Shown piece after piece: positions 27,283 through 37,580 of a DNA stretch of 52,832 nucleotides. The stretch is from a virus (lineage: Duplodnaviria > Caudoviricetes). Position numbers and translations under genes: made by a program. The stretch is taken from positions 1 to 52,832 of IMG/VR virus record IMGVR_UViG_3300044708_000049. One strand, 5' to 3'. Numbering within the stretch: position 1 is the stretch's first letter; each line of letters starts with the position of its first letter. The notes beneath the pieces were generated by a model, which had not been told where the DNA came from, searched no databases, and saw nothing but the letters and a program-made list of their open reading frames with translations.

Positions 27283-27780
27283 ATGAAAACTCTTATCGCT
27301 GACATATACACTCGCGTATCCACCAAAGAACAAGATAATGGAAATGGACATCCAAGACAACTGGGATTATGTTTAAAATGGTGTGAAGAACATGGTGTAA
27401 CTGTAAGAAATATTATTAAAGAAAATCGTTCCGCTTGGGCTAAACGACATAATCTGAACAGTGGAAAACTTCATGGTAAAATAGAGCAATGGAGAAAAGG
27501 ATATTGGCAAAACAAAGGAGAACCACTAACCGAAAATGAATGTCCGAAAAAAGTTGTGTCCGAATTGCCTCCTGATTTTCTTGTCATGGAAGACTATGAC
27601 CGATTTAGTCGAAAAAAACCATTAGAAGTCATGTTTACCATGATGATTTTAGGTTCAATTGGTATCAAATTTGCTTTCATAAATCAAAAGCATACGTTGG
27701 ATGCTAAATCTTTTCATGGCACCTGTATAAGTAAAGACCATATTGAAGTGGATGGTGTTAAACTACGACATAATTTATGA
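27283..27780 (+). CDS. serine recombinase/resolvase catalytic-domain protein
   Basis: IYTRVSTKEQ (catalytic Ser), E..SA, LVMEDYDRFSR. Confidence 0.8.
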   Translation: MKTLIADIYTRVSTKEQDNGNGHPRQLGLCLKWCEEHGVTVRNIIKENRSAWAKRHNLNSGKLHGKIEQWRKGYWQNKGEPLTENECPKKVVSELPPDFLVMEDYDRFSRKKPLEVMFTMMILGSIGIKFAFINQKHTLDAKSFHGTCISKDHIEVDGVKLRHNL

Positions 27781-27843
27781 AGTCATAACGGTTGTCATAC
27801 GAAATTTTAACAGATTCAAAATCTCATACACTATGTATGGTGT

Positions 27844-28455
27844 ATGAAGGATTTAACAGGTATAAAAACTCATTCTGTTCTCATTACAGGTTTCAATAGA
27901 TACGATTTGAGCAATAAAAAGTATTATTGGAACTGTAAATGTGATTGTGGAAAAGAATTCGTGGCCCTAGCAAATAATTTGGTTCGAAAAAATCACCCAA
28001 TGAAATCATGTGGGTGTCAAAGAGCGAATGGAATATGGAAAGGGTTCGGTGAGATAAGTCTCACATATTTCCATCAAATCACAAATAATGCTGAGAAACG
28101 TTCCATTCCATTCCATACCTCTATAGAAGAAATCTGGGAATTGTTTCTTGACCAAAATAGAAAATGTGCCTTGTCCGGTGTCGAACTAACCTTTGCCAGA
28201 TGCCACGGAAAAAGTAGAACAGACCAAAGCGCTTCGCTAGACCGACTCGATTCCTCGAAGGGTTATACCAAAGAAAATTTAATGTGGGTCCACAAAGATT
28301 TAAACATGATGCGGTCGAAAGTTACACTTGACAAATTTATAAAATGGTGTAAACTTATCTCGAATTATGAAATGCCTTTACGAAGTGCTAGTTCCAACAA
28401 TTTACGGAGATTCCTTAAAGCCTATCAAGACCCGGCATCACAAGGTCTGGGATGA
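27844..28455 (+). CDS. HNH-like homing endonuclease
   Basis: WNCKCDCG..SCGC N-domain; CALSG, SLDRLDSSKGY..N..WV..DLN.M. Confidence 0.78.
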   Translation: MKDLTGIKTHSVLITGFNRYDLSNKKYYWNCKCDCGKEFVALANNLVRKNHPMKSCGCQRANGIWKGFGEISLTYFHQITNNAEKRSIPFHTSIEEIWELFLDQNRKCALSGVELTFARCHGKSRTDQSASLDRLDSSKGYTKENLMWVHKDLNMMRSKVTLDKFIKWCKLISNYEMPLRSASSNNLRRFLKAYQDPASQGLG

Positions 28456-28705
28456 ACGTGTCCAAAGGATTTCTGGTGGATTAACCATCATGTCACCCGC
28501 TAAGGGAAAGTGGGTGTTCAAGGGAACTGAATATCCCGAACGAGTCATCCCTGTCAGAATCATGTGTGAACCGGAAGAGATGGTTGCTATAGTCAAAATG
28601 ACCATCCAACACTACAGACAAAAGGCTGTGATGTATTACGTCTTGTCGAATGACGTGAGAATAGTTCACGCCGAAGACATTCCTTACTTGAAAGCCACCA
28701 ATTGA
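28367..28705 (+). CDS. hypothetical phage protein
   Basis: YEVLVPT, GGLTI, GKW, ERVIPVRI. Confidence 0.75.
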   Translation: MKCLYEVLVPTIYGDSLKPIKTRHHKVWDERVQRISGGLTIMSPAKGKWVFKGTEYPERVIPVRIMCEPEEMVAIVKMTIQHYRQKAVMYYVLSNDVRIVHAEDIPYLKATN

Positions 28706-28711
28706 ACAAAT

Positions 28712-28978
28712 ATGAAACTCAAAGACTTACGTGATTACATAAACAAACTTCCAACTTCATTGGATGAAACGGAAGTGATACTTCAAAAAGACAGCGAAGG
28801 CAATGGTTATCGTGGCCTTCGTGGGGTTGACGAAGATTGTGTTTCTCCAAACGCTGACGAGTATGAGGCCGAGATATATAATACCGGCGCCAGCGCCGAA
28901 GACAATTGTATGGAAGTCGAGGAATGGGAAACATTGAGGAATGACCCATCCAAACGAGTCATTGTATTATTCCCATGA
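28712..28978 (+). CDS. hypothetical phage protein
   Basis: VILQKDSEGNGY. Confidence 0.75.
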   Translation: MKLKDLRDYINKLPTSLDETEVILQKDSEGNGYRGLRGVDEDCVSPNADEYEAEIYNTGASAEDNCMEVEEWETLRNDPSKRVIVLFP

Positions 28979-29484
28979 TAACACAAGTTTTCTACGATAC
29001 GGCGATGGAAGATGTAGATTTCGGCCTTCCGACCGTATTCCTAGCCGGCCCTACGGTTCGAGGACATCAACCTCATTTGGTTTCATGGCGTCGAGAGGCG
29101 GCTAGTTTGTTTAATGATTTCTCAAGCATTCAGTTGATTGTTCCTGAATTCAAAAACAAGGCCGAATCTGACCAGTGTCGTTACGATATTCCTGTGTGGG
29201 AATTCGAAGGATTACAACGGAGTCACGTTATCATGTTTTGGATACCCCGAACAAAGGAATTGATTGGTTTGACCACAAATCATGAACATGGTTATTGGAT
29301 GGCAAGGGAACGAAATAAAATGGTTTATGGCCGTCCCCGAGACGCCTATCGGATGAACTACCTTGACATTATGTGGGTGGAAGACGCTAAACGTAAAGGC
29401 AATCGGTCACACATTCCCATCTACACCACTTTGGAAAAAACCGTTCGAGCATCATTGGAACTACTAAAGAAAAGATACAAATGA
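28975..29484 (+). CDS. nucleoside 2-deoxyribosyltransferase-like protein 2
   Basis: VFLAGPT, SWR, VPE, WE, IMFWIPR, TTNHEHG. Confidence 0.85.
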   Translation: MITQVFYDTAMEDVDFGLPTVFLAGPTVRGHQPHLVSWRREAASLFNDFSSIQLIVPEFKNKAESDQCRYDIPVWEFEGLQRSHVIMFWIPRTKELIGLTTNHEHGYWMARERNKMVYGRPRDAYRMNYLDIMWVEDAKRKGNRSHIPIYTTLEKTVRASLELLKKRYK

Positions 29485-29723
29485 AAGACAAAACAGTATT
29501 CATAAGAATCGCCGGCATCGCTGGAGCAGGCAAAACGACATTAGCAGTCAAAATCGGCAGAGTCCTGAAAGACTTGGGTATTGAATGTGAAGTGTATGAT
29601 TGGGATGCCTCTCACGTTGAAGACATTTCGGATAAACGAGTTGACGAAAACTTGACTGCCTTGGCTTCAAGGGTTCATGTGGTGATTCAAACCGAACAGA
29701 TGAAGCGACACGTCATGACATGA
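29481..29723 (+). CDS. 80-aa protein with Walker A motif
   Basis: IAGIAGAGKTT. Confidence 0.7.
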   Translation: MKDKTVFIRIAGIAGAGKTTLAVKIGRVLKDLGIECEVYDWDASHVEDISDKRVDENLTALASRVHVVIQTEQMKRHVMT

Positions 29724-30041
29724 AGCGATTCGAACGAGCAAGAAAAGGATATTTTTATCTTTACACCCCCAATGGGTTCCTGTATCTTGTCTCGAATGTC
29801 GCTAGAATCCGAAGGAAACTTCTGAGGAAGGAAATGAAGCGGTCATTACACCATCTCCGTAAATTAGGATACCGATTGAAGAAATGAGAAAACCACTAGA
29901 ACAATATAATGCCATACAACGATTTTTCATAGGGGTATGGGCCTTTGTTCTTCTCTTGGTTATGTTTGTTTATGTGATGGTTAAAACCACTTACGCCAAG
30001 ATAATTGGCAAACGATACCTTTGGAAAAGTGATAGAATCGA

Positions 30042-30677
30042 ATGATTGAATACCCAAAAATCTTACCATCGTCACAGGCGCCACGTCAACCGTGTATTGC
30101 CTTCGAGAAATTTGATGGTTCCAATATCAGAGTGAAATACACCAACAAAAAGGGTTTCACATTGTTTGGTAGCAGAACACAATTGTTCAATGAGGGTCAT
30201 CCTTTCTTGGGTCAAGCGGTTCCAATTTTCTATCGTGATTACGAGGATAAGTTGGTGAATCTGATTGAGTCCGAATTCCCCAATGAGAGGGAAGTCATTG
30301 TCTTTCTCGAATTCATTGGTCCGAACTCCTTCGCTGGGTATCACGAAACCAGTGACCCAAAAGAACTAATGTTGTTTGACATTATGGTGGGTCACAAGAA
30401 TCGAAAGTTTCTTCTGCCACAAGAATTTGTTAAACTATCAACCAAATTTGACTTGAAGATTCCCAAGGTAGTTTACGAAGGCAATCTCTCTGACCAATTC
30501 AGACAAGACGTTCGGGACGGAAAGTATGACGTATTCGAGGGTGTCGTTTGTAAAGGGAGAGAACGAACAGGCGCCCACCGTGGCGGTGTTTGGATGGCAA
30601 AGATAAAGACTCTCAAGTATCTCACAGCATTGAACGCGAAGTTTGGTGAGAAGGAAGCGGAGAAGTATGGCGAGTAA
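30042..30677 (+). CDS. compact RNA ligase-like adenylyltransferase
   Basis: YPKI, EKFDGSN (motif I), EFIG, LFDI, EGVVCK, KIK. Confidence 0.85.
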   Translation: MIEYPKILPSSQAPRQPCIAFEKFDGSNIRVKYTNKKGFTLFGSRTQLFNEGHPFLGQAVPIFYRDYEDKLVNLIESEFPNEREVIVFLEFIGPNSFAGYHETSDPKELMLFDIMVGHKNRKFLLPQEFVKLSTKFDLKIPKVVYEGNLSDQFRQDVRDGKYDVFEGVVCKGRERTGAHRGGVWMAKIKTLKYLTALNAKFGEKEAEKYGE

Positions 30678-30948
30678 ATTTCCATTCACACACAAACTCT
30701 ATCGTTGGTTACGATGGAATGGCGCCCACAAGTTTGAGAAGACTCTTATCAGTCATAGGGCCAGATTCAAGAAAGACGGAACTATCATGTTTTATCGTGG
30801 TTGGAACAGACTTGGATTGGGTTCAAGACCACCTTCCATTGCTTACTTTGAAAATGAAGCAGACGCCAACAAGATTCGTAACTCATCTTGGAAAAACAGT
30901 TTCGGTGATGTCAAAAAATTTCAGTATTACTACACCTTAGAAAAATAA
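30667..30948 (+). CDS. basic hypothetical protein
   Basis: GGAG SD before ATG. Confidence 0.6.
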   Translation: MASKFPFTHKLYRWLRWNGAHKFEKTLISHRARFKKDGTIMFYRGWNRLGLGSRPPSIAYFENEADANKIRNSSWKNSFGDVKKFQYYYTLEK

Positions 30949-30953
30949 TAACT

Positions 30954-31592
30954 ATGAATACAGATAACAACGAACCTCAAAACTTTATGGTCCCAATGGT
31001 CATCGAAACCTCTGGCCGCGGCGAACGTGGATATGACATTTACTCACGACTCTTGGTTGACCGAATCATTTTCTTGGGAACGCCCGTCAACGATTTCACG
31101 GCCAATCTTATCATCGCCCAAATGTTATTCCTACAGATGGATAACGCCAAGAAGGAGATTCATCTCTACATCAATTCACCCGGTGGCAGCGTTACTGCTG
31201 GTCTAGCGATTTACGATACCATGCAGTTCCTCACCTGTGACGTAAACACCTACTGTATTGGTCAGGCTGCCTCAATGGGCGCAGTCTTGTTATCTGGTGG
31301 AACGAAGGGGAAACGTTTTGCCCTTCCTAACTCCAACATTATGATTCATCAAGTCATGGGTGGTTCTTGGGGTCAAGCAAGCGATGTAGAAATTCGAACC
31401 AGATACATGTTGAGTTTGAAAGACCGACTCAATCAGATTCTCTCACGTCACAGCGGTAAGAGTATCGACGACGTTAACAAAGCCTGTGAACGTGACAATT
31501 TCATGACTCCCGAAGAGGCTAAGAACTTTGGATTGATTGACGAAGTTGTTACGTCTCGTAAGGAAATTCCCGGCTTGGAAGAGAAGGCATAA
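30954..31592 (+). CDS. clpP: ATP-dependent Clp protease proteolytic subunit
   Basis: [27 protein letters not shown] (Ser), IMIHQ (His), ERDNFM (Asp). Confidence 0.97.
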   Translation: MNTDNNEPQNFMVPMVIETSGRGERGYDIYSRLLVDRIIFLGTPVNDFTANLIIAQMLFLQMDNAKKEIHLYINSPGGSVTAGLAIYDTMQFLTCDVNTYCIGQAASMGAVLLSGGTKGKRFALPNSNIMIHQVMGGSWGQASDVEIRTRYMLSLKDRLNQILSRHSGKSIDDVNKACERDNFMTPEEAKNFGLIDEVVTSRKEIPGLEEKA

Positions 31593-31593
31593 A

Positions 31594-32085
31594 ATGAAAA
31601 GAATGGTTGCTCATCTTGCCATTCACTGGTGGGGCGCCGCTATTGGTGGTGAACACTATTGGGGCGCCATAAAATTTGATTATCGGTTCGATAAAGAGCC
31701 TATCGAATTGAAACACCCCATGTCTGCCAAAGAGGCGAAGTATCTCAACAAGAAAGATGAAACAAGTAAGTGGGGTCGATACAAAGCCGGGCAACCTACT
31801 GAACGTTTCGAAACAAGGGATGAATTGGTTGCCTGCGCCATCAATACGTTCAAGTCGGAATATCCTGATGGCATATTGGTTCGTGGTTCGGATTGTTCAT
31901 GTTCGCCTAAAGAAATCGTTTATGCTCCTGATAAGTTCAAGGCGAGAGTTGACCTGATGAACCGATGGGCTAAGGAACACGATTCGTTATACAACAACTA
32001 CGGCGTGATAACCGATGAGGCTCGTGGTGATAAATTGGAGGATGATTGGAATTCTCTTTTGGAAAGTATGAAAGATGACGAGTGA
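31594..32085 (+). CDS. hypothetical protein
   Basis: ATG 1 nt after clpP stop. Confidence 0.7.
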   Translation: MKRMVAHLAIHWWGAAIGGEHYWGAIKFDYRFDKEPIELKHPMSAKEAKYLNKKDETSKWGRYKAGQPTERFETRDELVACAINTFKSEYPDGILVRGSDCSCSPKEIVYAPDKFKARVDLMNRWAKEHDSLYNNYGVITDEARGDKLEDDWNSLLESMKDDE

Positions 32086-32401
32086 AGAATTAAGAGAAGA
32101 CATGGAGAGGCGTGACCGCAAGGCATGGGAGAAAAGTGAATATTCCAAAAAAGGAACCTTCTACATTAGTTATGCCAAATGGAAACGTTTATCAAGCCGT
32201 ATGTGTCGAACTAAGGCAACAATCACATTCTATTCCCCAACGGGGTATCATTCACAACTAAAGTTGAATTCCGCTCACAACGACTCAATTGGTATGAGCC
32301 GAAAGAGTCTTGAGAAGTGGATACGAACGTGGATAATTCCAAAACGTAATCCAAAGAGACTTCGGTATCACATCGAAAAGTGGAGTATTAACGCCGCTTA
32401 A
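32075..32401 (+). CDS. basic hypothetical protein
   Basis: Overlapping ORF. Confidence 0.6.
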   Translation: MTSEELREDMERRDRKAWEKSEYSKKGTFYISYAKWKRLSSRMCRTKATITFYSPTGYHSQLKLNSAHNDSIGMSRKSLEKWIRTWIIPKRNPKRLRYHIEKWSINAA

Positions 32402-33081
32402 TCCGAGTCAGTAATGTTACAGGGGATTCGGTCATACTCAAGTTTGTATTTATCACACAACTCACGGCATTTCTGAAACGCCAGTGTTGCTTCTGAAACA
32501 TTTGAACTCTTGGTGAGAGCCTTCAACTTCTTGACCTTCTTGAATGTCTCCAATGAGGCATTCTGATAGATATAACTAATCATCTCCTTTGGACTATTGA
32601 CATTCTTGGAGAGAATTTCTTCGAGGATGGCAACATCGTCTTCATTGATGTCGTCAATCATCTTGTTAAGAATTTCTTTGTAGCCGTAGTCGTCAACAAC
32701 CTGTTGGGTGACTTCACTGAGGCGACTTCGTGATTCTTCTTTTTCGTAATCCCGCATCATAAAGTATAAGAAATTCATGATGGGAGTAAATTTGGTTGGA
32801 ATGAATTTGCCTGAGAAAATTTCTGATTCGGTCATTCCGTCATTCGTTCCCTCGGATAACATCTTGTGATGCTTTCGTGTTCCCTCTTCGATTTCCTGTT
32901 GGTATCGTTCGGTGTATTGTTCAGCCGCTTGGAGTAGGTTGGCTTTGTCTTTTTTGACTTCGGCGGTCTTTTTGGCGAGTCGTTCGGCTAATTGAGGGTC
33001 ATCACGAAGGATGGCTAACATTGATAACGGATTGGTGTGTGTCATATTCATTATATATGACCCAAAAAGACCAAAAATCAC
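32398..33081 (-). CDS. hypothetical protein with C-terminal DUF2786-like helical hairpin
   Basis: KVKKLKALTKSSNVSEATLAFQKCRELCDKY. Confidence 0.65.
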   Translation of the reverse strand: MIFGLFGSYIMNMTHTNPLSMLAILRDDPQLAERLAKKTAEVKKDKANLLQAAEQYTERYQQEIEEGTRKHHKMLSEGTNDGMTESEIFSGKFIPTKFTPIMNFLYFMMRDYEKEESRSRLSEVTQQVVDDYGYKEILNKMIDDINEDDVAILEEILSKNVNSPKEMISYIYQNASLETFKKVKKLKALTKSSNVSEATLAFQKCRELCDKYKLEYDRIPCNITDSD

Positions 33082-33090
33082 ATGTTCTGC

Positions 33091-33118
33091 TTGACATATT
33101 ATAAATCTCTGTTATAGT
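33091..33118 (+). promoter_or_regulatory. repeated early promoter TTGACA-N16-TATAGT
   Basis: Family member; 9 nt to ATG. Confidence 0.82.
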
Positions 33119-33127
33119 ATCACCAAT

Positions 33128-33520
33128 ATGAATATTACATCATTTGACCGAACAAACCTTCGAATCATCCACGACGAAATCAACGCGGCCCTCAAGCCCA
33201 TCGCTGAGAAGTATGGTATCACTTTCACCGATAGAGGCGCCCGTTTTAACCCTACGAACGCGACATTCAAGATTGAATCGTCTGTCGTGAGTAGTGATGG
33301 TGTCGTTCAAAGCAGCGACCGTCAATCGTTCACGGCCTTGGCGCCGATGTATGGGTTACAATCCAGCGACCTTGACCGTCTTTTCCTTTTCCGTGGTGAG
33401 GGATACACCATCACTGGTTTGAAACCCCGTTCCCCCAAATCCCCCATTCTGGCCGTTTCCAAGAAAAACGGAAAGACCTACAAATTCACCGTTGACATGG
33501 TGAAAGGAGGCTTGGTATAA
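33128..33520 (+). CDS. hypothetical phage protein
   Basis: YTITGLKPRSPKSPI..GKTYKF. Confidence 0.8.
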   Translation: MNITSFDRTNLRIIHDEINAALKPIAEKYGITFTDRGARFNPTNATFKIESSVVSSDGVVQSSDRQSFTALAPMYGLQSSDLDRLFLFRGEGYTITGLKPRSPKSPILAVSKKNGKTYKFTVDMVKGGLV

Positions 33521-33521
33521 C

Positions 33522-35162
33522 ATGGGCCTAGACGTTCATTCAAAATTGGTGTTCGGGTTGCCCGGACGAAATGTTCTCCGCCGAGAAGACGTGACTTCCA
33601 AAGTCACGAAGTATAATCCGGACAACGGAACGCCCTACGAAATGACGTTAGTCTCGAAAGAGATTGTTCTTTTTGGTGTTCGCTTCAAGGCGTCTGAATT
33701 TTTCCCGATGGAAGGTTCACTTGAACGATTCAATGGACAAATCAACAGCCGAGAACTTGAAATTCATGAACTCGAAATGGAATTTCATTGTTTTGGTTCA
33801 GATAGTTACGAAGATTACGAGGGTGGGGTTTTCGGATTTGAGATTGCCTCTCTCGGCGGACGCAGTAACAGTGAATCAAGTGTTCTTATCGTAGAGAGTG
33901 ACATTGAATTGTATCGACAAGCCTTCAAACAGGCGACGGGCCTCGATGGAGAATTACGCCTGATGATTCATTATAGTTATTGAAATGAACTACAACTCAC
34001 TCAATGAAATTCAACAGTTACGGATTGCTCTTGAGGCGAGAATTTTTAACTCTCAATCCGAACTCGGGAAGATTTCCCGTGAATGTAAACATCTCAATGT
34101 TGCCAAGGGGAAATTAATGTATTCCCCTCGTCAAAAAGATATTGTTCAGACATGGGAAGATAATCCGAGACGGAAAGAATTAGAAACAGAAGACCCGCCT
34201 TGTGTTTCCATGTTCTGTCAAGATTGTGGTAAAGAATTTGGTTGGTATTGTCCTGTGAATCCAAAAGGTTACTGTGTCTATGAACGACCAGACGGAACCT
34301 ATGACTCGGAATGTATCCATTGTAGAATATCCAACGAACGAAAATGAATATGCTTATTACCAAAGAAAACACACAAGAACTTATCGCTAAGGGATGGAGC
34401 ATCAAGGAACACACTTTTCCCAGCGGGCAGAAGGATCTTTCGTTAATTCATCCTATCTTGGCTCCCGAAAGAAATGGAGGATATTCCAACCCAAAACATG
34501 CCTTCGAAAAACAAGAGGAATACGATTTTAAATTGGCCGGTAAAACCTACCACTACGTTACCACATGTCGTTTCGGTCTTGGATACGGATTCAACATTAC
34601 CGAACTTACTCCCACAGGAGAGAGGAATTTCATAATGAATGTCGCTACGAAGGAGTTGGCGTCACAATACGTTGAGATTTTTAATGCCATGGGCAAGGGA
34701 CATTCGGAAATCCACTTCAACAACGAGACTCAGTATCTCTACCTCATGATTCTAAAAGAGAAACATGGCGACCGATATTTCTCCGTTCCTACCCTTGAAA
34801 TCCTACTCAAAACTTGTAGGGCAATTGTTGTGGACCGTATTGAATCGGATTGCTATTACTGTGATGTTGCCGACGACATCCATCTCACTCCCGAACCACA
34901 ATTCTCACGGGAGGAAATTGCCAAGTGGAAAGATGGAACTATCAAAGAAGTGGCGTTACACGAATGGGAATCATTTGATAAAGAAAAGGCGTATCGTGAG
35001 AACATCATCGAACAAACAAAGGCGCTTGATTTTGTCAAGAACAATGATACGATCAAGGCGTGTATAAAAGCATACGACATTCTCGTTAAACGAAAGAGTT
35101 ACGAATACGAACGGCTAGAGTTTGAGGCGTTTGAAAACATTCTTGAGAATGAATCTGTATAA
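33522..35162 (+). other. hypothetical genes 33522-33983, 33985-34347 (Cys-rich), 34344-35162
   Basis: Contiguous ORFs; GGAGG SD before 33522. Confidence 0.7.
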
Positions 35163-35184
35163 CATAGAAAAGGTTTTTGGGATT

Positions 35185-35646
35185 ATGAATACATTCAACA
35201 TTAGCGAGACATTTCGGTTGAAGGCAGAAAGGAATTGGGATACCATATACGTCGTGGTGGACCTTCACGGAACTATTGCCAAGCCGTTCCATGACTGCTT
35301 TGAACTTTATCCCGGCGCTCTCGAAGTTCTTCAATGGTTCAGTGACCGACCTGACATCAAAATCATTCTTTGGACATCAAGCCATTTCGAGGAAGTGAAG
35401 AGTGTGTTGGTGAATCTCAAATTGTCTGGTGTGACGATTGATTTTGTCAATGCCAATCCGTTGGAGGCGAACACCAAACGAGCCGACTTTTCGAAGAAAT
35501 TCTATTTCAACATTTTGCTTGACGACAAGGCCGGTTTCGAACCTGAAACGGATTGGTTCGCTATCAAAGAAGAACTCATTCGTATCGGTGAATGGAAAGT
35601 TACACCAAACGAAAACGTATTGCCAAATAACCCAAGTGGAGTATAA
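35185..35646 (+). CDS. HAD-superfamily protein (DxH variant)
   Basis: VVDLHGTI, ILWTSS, NANP, KFYFNILLDDKAGF. Confidence 0.78.
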   Translation: MNTFNISETFRLKAERNWDTIYVVVDLHGTIAKPFHDCFELYPGALEVLQWFSDRPDIKIILWTSSHFEEVKSVLVNLKLSGVTIDFVNANPLEANTKRADFSKKFYFNILLDDKAGFEPETDWFAIKEELIRIGEWKVTPNENVLPNNPSGV

Positions 35647-35828
35647 TAACCCAACATGAAATCTATACAACGAACCGAACCGAAAGACCCGAACCTGAAA
35701 CCATACAATTTGGTGGATACCGCTATGGATGAAGTGTTGAAGCGAGTGGAACTCACTGAGAGTGAGGCCAAAATCTTCAATCTGGCATACGCTACCAATC
35801 GGAGTACACTCCGTTACCAACCGAACGT

Positions 35829-36056
35829 ATGAGGGCCAAGGCGTGTGGATTTGAATTTGAAGTTAAGGGCGATTGCTTGAACATTTTTCTGCCTGATGGA
35901 CAATTCGACGTGGATTTGCCTTCCGCCTGTCGTCTCGGTTCTTATCTTAGCGAAGAAGGGTTATTGAACGCTAAGGTGATTTCATTCCGAATTTTCAAAA
36001 ACGACGGTCAAGAACTGAAATACAACCAACTGACTGAAACATTCAATTTAACATGA
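35829..36056 (+). CDS. hypothetical protein (YLxxEG motif)
   Basis: LGSYLSEEGLL. Confidence 0.6.
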   Translation: MRAKACGFEFEVKGDCLNIFLPDGQFDVDLPSACRLGSYLSEEGLLNAKVISFRIFKNDGQELKYNQLTETFNLT

Positions 36057-36077
36057 GCCTTGTAAAAAATATTCATC

Positions 36078-36689
36078 ATGTATCTTAAAGAATCCATCGC
36101 CAAGAGCATTGTAGAGTATCCATCACTCTATAAAGACATTAACTACCTTCGTAGTGAACAGAAGGTGTTAGACCACCTATTCCTCGTTATAGGCAATGGA
36201 TACAGTTGGTGGGATGGGTATTTGGTTAATACTCTTAATGGTGATGTAAAAAGTCGTTGGTGTGATAAAGTAAATGACTATGTGGTTGACAAGGGGCCGA
36301 AATACGGAAAGAACCGATTCGACTCCACACAACTTACACTTGAATTTTTCTCAAAAACGAAAGCGAGATTGATTGCTCCCGGCATGTATTTGCCCGAGGA
36401 AAATCGTAGTGATTGGGAACCGTATCCAATAAGTGAACATAGCGGTCTTGCCGTCATTCCTGATAACGTCCAACTCGATTGGTTGGCAGGAGCCGCCAAA
36501 ACTCTTGTGAGAGTGATTGAATTCTACGAGGAACATCCTAATTGGGATGAGAGATACAATGACTGGCAAAAGAAAAGTGTGAGGGAGGGTCTTGCTGTTG
36601 CTACGAGGAAGATTGACGCTTTACTTTTGAAACATAATCTCCAAAGTTCTGAATTTGATAAAATAATTGATTCACCACTCAAGGTATAA
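36078..36689 (+). CDS. hypothetical protein
   Basis: 203 aa ORF. Confidence 0.75.
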   Translation: MYLKESIAKSIVEYPSLYKDINYLRSEQKVLDHLFLVIGNGYSWWDGYLVNTLNGDVKSRWCDKVNDYVVDKGPKYGKNRFDSTQLTLEFFSKTKARLIAPGMYLPEENRSDWEPYPISEHSGLAVIPDNVQLDWLAGAAKTLVRVIEFYEEHPNWDERYNDWQKKSVREGLAVATRKIDALLLKHNLQSSEFDKIIDSPLKV

Positions 36690-36694
36690 TATGT

Positions 36695-37144
36695 ATGCCC
36701 ATGAGAAAATTGTGGATTAAATTATCGAACATATTTAGCCGTTTAACTTCACCACAAACCGAAGCAGACGCGAAGATAAATAAATGTGACTATGCTTTGG
36801 TCGCATTGAGTTTATTCATAGTGGCTTACGGCATTTTTCTTTACAATCGACCACACACTTCACCCGTCAAAGAAACAACTCACGTCAATTTTGTAACTAA
36901 CAAAGTCGAAGTTTTCGTTGCTCCAAAGAATTTGAAAGATTTTGTAGAAGGCGAATTTGTAGGAGTCAGATATTTTGGTGTCTATGGTGTTGTTCTTGGT
37001 AAGAAATTCCAGATTGGAGGCGCCGTCTATGAAATCATCTACAAAGACAATGACGGCGTATTACAGAAGATTGACGTGGAGAAATGGTTGTTGTTCATTC
37101 CGGATAAAAACGAACTGATTGCCGATACCCTTCGTAACCATTAA
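36695..37144 (+). CDS. single-TM membrane protein
   Basis: TM YALVALSLFIVAYGIFLY; TATAAT just upstream. Confidence 0.7.
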   Translation: MPMRKLWIKLSNIFSRLTSPQTEADAKINKCDYALVALSLFIVAYGIFLYNRPHTSPVKETTHVNFVTNKVEVFVAPKNLKDFVEGEFVGVRYFGVYGVVLGKKFQIGGAVYEIIYKDNDGVLQKIDVEKWLLFIPDKNELIADTLRNH

Positions 37145-37345
37145 TCATTCGTCTTCAACAACTTCATTGGTAACATAACCATCGACCACAAACAACTCCG
37201 CTTCCAAATATTCCAGAACGGGTTTGAGGCCAAGACAAGGTGTGTCACAACTCTTTTTGTGGTGAACGTGGACCACGTTGCCTCTGACGGTCACATCATG
37301 ACCTTTGATATGTAATTCTATTGTGTGATTATCTTTTCTCGCCAT
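37145..37345 (-). CDS. hypothetical protein (YLxxE motif)
   Basis: VLEYLEAELFV. Confidence 0.6.
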   Translation of the reverse strand: MARKDNHTIELHIKGHDVTVRGNVVHVHHKKSCDTPCLGLKPVLEYLEAELFVVDGYVTNEVVEDE

Positions 37346-37580
37346 AGATTTTATTCATTACAACGTCCTCTGCCATCTTCTGAGCCATCGCTGATACTTG
37401 GACCAGTTCTTTCAACAGATGATTTAGGTCACGTTCTCTTGTTTTCTTTTTGACTTCATCCCACACTTCATCAAGTTCTTCGAGGATGACTGAATATCCT
37501 TCGTGGATACTGTTCATTGGTCCGTGTTGTTTTCTCGCCGACTTTAATTCGTCTTTGACTAATTTAGCAAAATTTTTCAT
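37329..37580 (-). CDS. MazG-like nucleotide pyrophosphohydrolase-fold protein
   Basis: ILEELDEVWDEV...KELVQVSAMA. Confidence 0.65.
   Translation of the reverse strand: MKNFAKLVKDELKSARKQHGPMNSIHEGYSVILEELDEVWDEVKKKTRERDLNHLLKELVQVSAMAQKMAEDVVMNKIYGEKR

Noticed and set aside
27283-27780. Recombinase as a prophage integrase marking an att boundary
   Set aside because: Too short for a large serine integrase, and both flanks are phage-like.
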